DNA from: Eledone cirrhosa
Taxonomy: Eukaryota
DNA: 64,000 bases
Direction: 5' to 3'
Assembly: GCA_964016885.1 (NCBI GenBank)
Contig: OZ024746.1
Coordinates: 5,518,001 to 5,582,000, forward strand
Shown here: piece by piece, positions 57,404 through 64,000 of the stretch
Layout of the letters: each line of letters begins with the position of its first letter
How positions within the stretch are numbered: position 1 is the stretch's first letter
Program-made: the position numbers and the translations under genes
The notes under the pieces: generated by a model
The model's database searches: none
Told to the model about the DNA's origin: nothing
The model's input: the letters and a program-made list of their open reading frames with translations, nothing else

Positions 57404-58799
57404 TATTTATAATTGTCTTTATATGCAGCTTTAAGATTTCACTAAATTATGTACATCAGTGTTTTACTATTTCTTAATTTCTTGAAATGACCACTACCCC
57501 CCCCCCCCCCGGGGGAAGGGATGATGTGAAGATTTATCAGTAGATTTTTGTTTTATTTTTCCAACTAAGAGGGAAATTTCACATAATTGAACACGTCATA
57601 TACTACGTCACTCATTGTGTTGTCCCTTTACTATAGAGATCCAACATATTTGGGGGACAAGTGATACGAACATCTAACAGTGTTTATCGTTCTGGTGTAG
57701 ACCAGTGTCGTGATTATTGTACCCTCATATGATATCGTAATTGAATGTTATACAGAAATCAACCAATTAATATATAATATATAAGATACTGCTGAAAAAA
57801 GTTAGATGGGTGATATTACTTGAAACTAGAGTACAATAGTTATAATTAAACTACAGACTACTTAGTCGTGGAATTAGAAAGAAATGGCACAAATCATTGT
57901 TATCAAGTTTTATTTCGGCTTAAATATATTTTTTATATAAATGATTTGAAGGCATTATCTACATATGTCTGTTTCTACAGGCATGAGATATGATTCGCTG
58001 TATATTGAAACGAGCTAAATTCTGAAGGAAAATATCAGCTCATGCTAAAGAAGAAATTCACGAATCAGATAGACTAATTTGCTGCTAACTCAATTATTAC
58101 CTTTCAATCTGATCAACTACAATCTTCAAATGTTGTCGTCTATCACATTTATATTTGATTTCTCAGTGGTGTCGACAAAAATGTCTTTTAACTTAATGAG
58201 CTTTCAGACCTACCGAGATGTTTTCTTCCTAAAACTACTCTAATTGCTCGAGCAGTTCGTTAGGATTTCTGTTTGCAGTTCTTTCATTATTGTTTGCAAT
58301 TAAGTGAAAGCATGTAGAAATGATTTCCCAGACTACAATCTTATCTTCTTCTAGTGTGTCTTTATACATCATGACGGCGGCTATTATTACTTTCTGCTAA
58401 CAACTTAATATGTTTTTTTTTAGATAATTCAACAATTTTCTAATTGAAGTAAATGGCTACGTTCATTAGAATACAAATATATCTGATGTTTGAAATCATC
58501 AGATTTTTGCCATACATAATTTTTCATGTTTACTAATTATCCTATTATTACTCGAGATGCAATCTATGTATATCAGTTTTGTTAATATAATTAAAAAAAA
58601 ACATAGTTTCGTTATTTCTGATGTTTTCTTAGACAGGAAATTCTACGGAATAGTTTTGTTATTTTAAGATGTCAGTTCAACATTGATGTTTAGAAAACAG
58701 TGAGTCGTGAAAAACATTACAGCCTCACATTATAATCCTTATATTATAAGTTTTCCTAGTGGTTTGATCTGGAGGATGAGGATACGTTCATAGCCCATT

Positions 58800-59200
58800 G
58801 CAGCGCCTTACTACTGTGAAACTGCAAGTTGTCGGCATCAGGACATAAGTATTAGTTGGTAGGTTATTTCATATTTCTGACGTTCTGAAGAGGAACAACT
58901 GGGCGAAGTGGTTTGTGGGGGTGATTGATGGAGAATTAATATAGGTAATGAAAATAGACAGTTGAGTCGAGATGATTTCAGAAGGGGCAGCACAAGACGA
59001 ACCAGAACAAAGGATCAGGGGCCATACTAGTATCTGTAGAAAGGATAGAAAATCGTATATATTTGAGTCAGGCGGGCGATTGTGTCGGTGATTGCCTTCT
59101 TAAGAGGAATCTTCGGATGCCGTCTTGGCTCTGTATGTAAATTAGTAAAATGCCGCAATTAGAGACGGAGAGTTTAGTTCATCTCTTTCCAAACGAAGTG
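58800..59200 (-). mobile_element. Decayed CR1/Jockey-group LINE 3' fragment
   Basis: Minus-strand FYRY*YGP*S..LVRLVLP...SR and HFAQLFLFRTSEI*NNLP match LFYRYY.G.CS.EL..LVPP and F..SFFPRT...WN.LP. Confidence 0.6.
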
Positions 59201-59319
59201 CGAAACCAACCGAAGGTCATGAAATAAATACAAAACATCTGAAGTAATCGATTAAATTACCTGTCTCTACTTTGAAAACGTGATTCTATGTCAAGAGACC
59301 CCATTATATATAACTACAC

Positions 59320-59503
59320 TTAGTTACCTGACCTTTCAGAAACAGCAACCAAATACACTTCATATAAAAATTCATCGTCTTTAAGAAATATGAGGAAGAT
59401 ATTTGATAATGTTGATCTAACAGCCTTAACATAGAGAATGGTCACAGCTGGTATGCCTTTCATAAAAGGTATATTCGATATAGCCTGACCTGAGTCTAAA
59501 CAA
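59320..59503 (-). repeat. Dispersed repeat of unclassified type (related fragments near 2055, 22135, 41930, 60385-60750)
   Basis: Shared ATTTGG(C/T)TGCT(A/G)TTTCT...AGGTC motif and GTCAG...ATCGAA..CCT..AT..AAGGCAT.CCAGC..TGACCAT motif. Confidence 0.45.
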
Positions 59504-60461
59504 CAATCTGACAGAAAACATTTCAAAAGCTTTTTCCGTTAAAGTCTTTAGTGCTATACACAACAGAAAGTGATTCAAACACGGTATCGAAACGGGTTTG
59601 CTGAAGATTTAATCATATTTCAATGTTTATCAATGAAAAAAATATGATCAAAGTAACAAGATTGTTATGGCATTAATCTATATAAAAATCATATAAATAT
59701 AAATGAACTGGTCTTGCGTGTACCATTACATTTCAATGATGTTTTCTGAGAGTATTTTCAATGTATAAATATAGACTATAATATATTGCTCTTTAGAATG
59801 TACAGTTCCCTTGCAGGAGAAAATATCGAATAGCTATATCTGCACGATAGCAGAGAAAAGATGCTGATGATCATATTGTATATATGAAGAATGGTGCTAC
59901 CTTCGTTCGGTTAAGATAGAAATAACCCGATGATATTCAAACATCGTGAACGTTTCAAACGACAAGAGTGTATTTAGGCACTGAAAACATTACAGAAGAA
60001 TTACGATCTCTTAATATATTGCGTATATTATGCATATGTGAGGCAATTTCGAAAGCTATAAATTAAAGAAATTACTTCATGATTACAGTGTTAATTAAAA
60101 ATCTAGTTAGATTTACTAATCTATTTTCCCAATACATTTGCGAATATATTTGATAGCATGTACCTTTAATCGATGTTTCATATCACACCCACTCTGCTAT
60201 GCAGTGTACTAGTTTATAAACGTATACATCACAAATGACTTACTATATCTCGATGTAAATAGATACTATAAATGTATAACACAAACAACACTAAGTGCTA
60301 GTATTTCATATAGTTCAATAGTTCAACAAGCTGTAAATCTAGGAGGGAGATTTATTCAAGTTGATTAACACAAAACATAAAGACATTATTGCTTAGCCCC
60401 ACAGCAACCTTGACTGATCGAACCTATTAACTAAAGTATTCGATCAACAACCATCATGTTC

Positions 60462-60687
60462 CGTTAGAAATTATAGTACTACTTTGTACAATGAACCTTC
60501 CGTTAGAAGTTATAGTACTACTTTATACAATGAACCTTCCGTTAGAAGTTATAGTACTACTTTATACAAAGAACCTTCCGTTAGAAGTTATAGTACTACT
60601 TTATACAATACTACTTTATACAATGAAAATCCGTTAGAAGTTATAGTACTACTTCATACAATACTACTTTATACAATGAACCTTCCA
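60462..60687. repeat. 39-bp minisatellite, ~5 units
   Basis: CCGTTAGAAGTTATAGTACTACTTTATACAATGAACCTT units. Confidence 0.92.
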
Positions 60688-60814
60688 TTCTTAAGATTGT
60701 GTGATTTATGCCGTGATTTATTTGCCTACTTTTTGAAGCAGGTCGACTGGGCACACAGTGATTGCCCAGTTGTCAAGACCTACACGTATGGATTTTCAGA
60801 AATATATCAATATA

Positions 60815-60882
60815 TAATTGTTTCTACTTTAGGCACAAGGCCAGCAATTAACCAGTGCATCACTGGTACTTTATTTTATCGA
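60815..60882 (-). mobile_element. SINE (second family) 3' fragment
   Basis: Matches 44129-44185 and 47164-47232. Confidence 0.8.
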
Positions 60883-61396
60883 TATATCAAGTGTGAAACT
60901 TGGTCCACGATCTAAACTTTACTTTGTAATAAAATCTAATATTGTAATAGACTTACAACGAATAACCCGAGGAAAACCAATTAGAAACAGTGTGCAGTGC
61001 ATAAAGATCGATGTCTTCACTTCTATTTATCATGTTTTCGTATTGTCGCCACCTAATGCTTATATCAATGTTACTAAGTGACATGCACAACTTAATATAT
61101 ATTTATAATATCTTACCTTAGTTCCATGTTCCAGAATGTTCTCCTAGGTCACAATACTTCCTCAATGTAGTAACATGTAAATGTGATTTGTTATTTCCAT
61201 TGTTTTGCAAGGATAATATCACGTTGTGGAGAGTGTAATTGAAACGAAATATCGAGACATGGTTGATTGTTCAAACTCTACAATACGACATTCTTCCTCC
61301 CAATACAGAAAAATAACCAGCGGCCATATATTATAATATATCACCTGTTATTCGTTGTAAGTCTATTACAAATTATATTCTTTTGGGGTTAATATA

Positions 61397-61556
61397 TAAT
61401 TGTTTCTACTTTTGGCACAAGGCCAGCAATTACCCCGTAAGGATGAAAAGCAAAGTTAACCTCGGCGGGATTTGAATACAGAATGTAAAGGGCCATAACC
61501 TTATGCTGCAAAGCATGGTGTCTGACGCTCTACCGATACTGCCAATTCACCGCCCT
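61397..61556 (-). mobile_element. SINE (second family), internally deleted copy
   Basis: Head GGCGGTGAATTGGCAGTATCGGTAGAGCGTC and B box on the minus strand. The 3' end matches the other copies. Confidence 0.88.
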
Positions 61557-62109
61557 AATATATAAGATCCCTCTATGTACTTTCCTAATAAACAATAACT
61601 TGTGGATTCTATAAAAACTTTCTAAATTCCCACAAGCTACTGAAACAGTAAACATCCAAATAAAGCTAAGTATAAAATGAGCGAGCCAATGAAGCGGACT
61701 CCACGAGAAAAACAAACATTTATCAAATCCTACTTAAATCTTCATGCCGCCATATAAAAGGAAACTCTGGGTGATGTTGGCCTGATTCGCATTAGCAACA
61801 ACATGAAAATAACAAACAAAATAAATAATATATTGGTTGATGAATTGAAAACGATTTCGAGAAATTATTTCGTACTGTATCTAAATTTATTGTATATCTC
61901 CTTCATAGGTACTGTTCAATGAATCTTTAGAAAAATACGTATTTATATTTTGCTATCTGAAAGTTATATATATTTCTAAATGTATATACCAAGAATAAAT
62001 GTAGGGTTAATGTAATTGGTATTGAAATCTTGTTTCATATAAAACTCCCCCAATCAGGGCCTTTATGCGACTGGTGTGAAATAACGAACAATAGATGTTT
62101 AGATAAATA

Positions 62110-62310
62110 TTTTCCTAATATTTGTAAGTGCTCAAATCATTCAGGTATTGCATTTGAATAAAATCTTCTTGATTTATAGATGTTCTAAATTTTGAGACGT
62201 GATCTGGAGTAGAATAGCATTTGATAAGGAAAGATGGAGCCATTTGTCTGATGAATAGAACTGTTGAAAATGAATTCAGACTGGAATGTGTGATCAACAA
62301 AGTTTTGTGT
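62110..62310 (-). pseudogene. Possible very old PLE RT thumb remnant
   Basis: SKFRTSINQEDFIQMQYLNDLS weakly resembles KF.TSVYRKPT.T.QYLN..S. Confidence 0.3.
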
Positions 62311-63675
62311 GATCAATAACGTTTTACGTATCATTAAACTATCTGCCTAAAAATATGTTACAAGTAAACGACAAAACAAACTAATGTATAAGCTTGGCGC
62401 TGTTCGACATCAGCAAGATATTAGTACAAATTTATTTTGCTTTCAAATATTGTCCGTGAAGTTTGATTCGACTGTTCGATATTTTAGCTCATTTTCTCAA
62501 GCAAACGGGAATGCCTCACTTAGTTCTTTTCTGATAAAAGTTTCTATTACGTGTTTTCCAATTCTTATGTCAATGAGACAAACAGCGTCTTTAATATGTT
62601 AGAAATGGTTCACCTGTTACAAATATTGGGTCTATTGGTACTAAGTTCCGCGAGAATGTTCCATTTAATAATTATTTTATTAAGCACAAAATTCATCCCT
62701 ACAACCTTATGAAATGAAGCTGGAAAAAGTAACACATCTATATAACGAATGTACGTATAATTTATATGAAGCTGCGAATTACTGCAAATAAAAGTAAGTT
62801 GAAATGGCAGTAGTCAGAATCTCGTAAAATAACAGAATCAACATGCTAAATATTTTTGCACTGAGTTAAAATATTGTAGCTAAATGATGTTTCAAAAGAT
62901 TATTCAAAAAGTAAAATGTCCTGCAATATAAACTAAGTTTCTAATAAGATAATGTAAAAATGCTTGTTCTGATTCTTCAAATGGAATCCTAGCTTGTAAA
63001 GTATCGATTTTACTGCTCTATTCTAGAAATATCGTTTAGAATCTTTATAAATAGATGCGAATTAATTTCTTATTTCTTTTTCCCTTTCACGTGTTTATCT
63101 GAATGTTTTATCTTCGACAGAAAACACTTTTAAATACAAATATGTGGAGAAGAAAAACTCCGCCAAAAACAGAAGCAGGCTAACAAACAAATAGAGGCTT
63201 CTGAGGAAGTTGATTATTAGAACGTTTTCAAATGTCAAGTTATTAAAGAATGAGATTTAATAAAAGAACTTTATTCCTTTTCTCAATCAATTCAAGCATG
63301 ATTGTTGATGTAATTCTGAATATGTATTTTCACCAGAGAAACATCGCACCATCTAATCCTAACGTATACAAGTTAATAACATTGAATGAAAGCGTTGAGA
63401 GATAAAATAAAGATGAGGCGATGGGATAGATGGAGCAGACATAGAGACAAGCAAACAATGTGAGAAAGAGAAGAGAAGTTAAATATATCACTCACTCTAT
63501 TGGGACTTTCTATTTCTTTAACAGCGAGACTGATTGGGGAGAAAACAGAACGAGTGTAAGTGTCCTTTTAAAGTCCCTTATAGTCTTACTCTCTCTATTC
63601 TAAAAATTGAGAACAAGAGAGAACGAATAGAGCAAGATAAGATGAGGGAAGAGAGAATTAAGACTAAAATCTTTC

Positions 63676-63900
<225 letters not shown>

Positions 63901-64000
63901 CTCAGTTATACCCTCTCTATCTCATTCCCCCTCACGCACACATATACACACACTCAAATTTATTTCAGTTTTCCAATGGTATTTTGATTGTATTTTTCTA

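Overview
AT-rich animal genomic DNA, dense in (TA)n, (CA)n, (GA)n and (TATC)n microsatellites. The SINE and repeat content looks cephalopod (octopus-like); this is an inference. No intact protein-coding gene can be supported, and most listed ORFs are microsatellite translations. The window is intergenic or intronic and filled with retroelement remnants. These include Penelope-like elements (PLEs: a decayed RT at ~8.3-9.0 kb, GIY-YIG remnants at ~15.0-15.4 kb and ~50.4-50.5 kb), RTE, CRE, CR1-like and Tx1/L1 LINE ends, tRNA-derived SINEs, a mariner MITE and several minisatellites. The main hidden structure is roughly 20 type I hammerhead-ribozyme (HHR)-like motifs, intact or decayed, from about ten unrelated short repeat families. 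Most abut (TA)n tracts, and several are arranged as inverted (fold-back) pairs. Some show compensatory stem changes, and one family carries a U3-A8 variant of the C3-G8 core pair. Minimal HHRs in PLE terminal repeats are a known phenomenon; the diversity, the variant cores and the half-ribozyme family seen here merit follow-up. All alignments and folds were done by eye.
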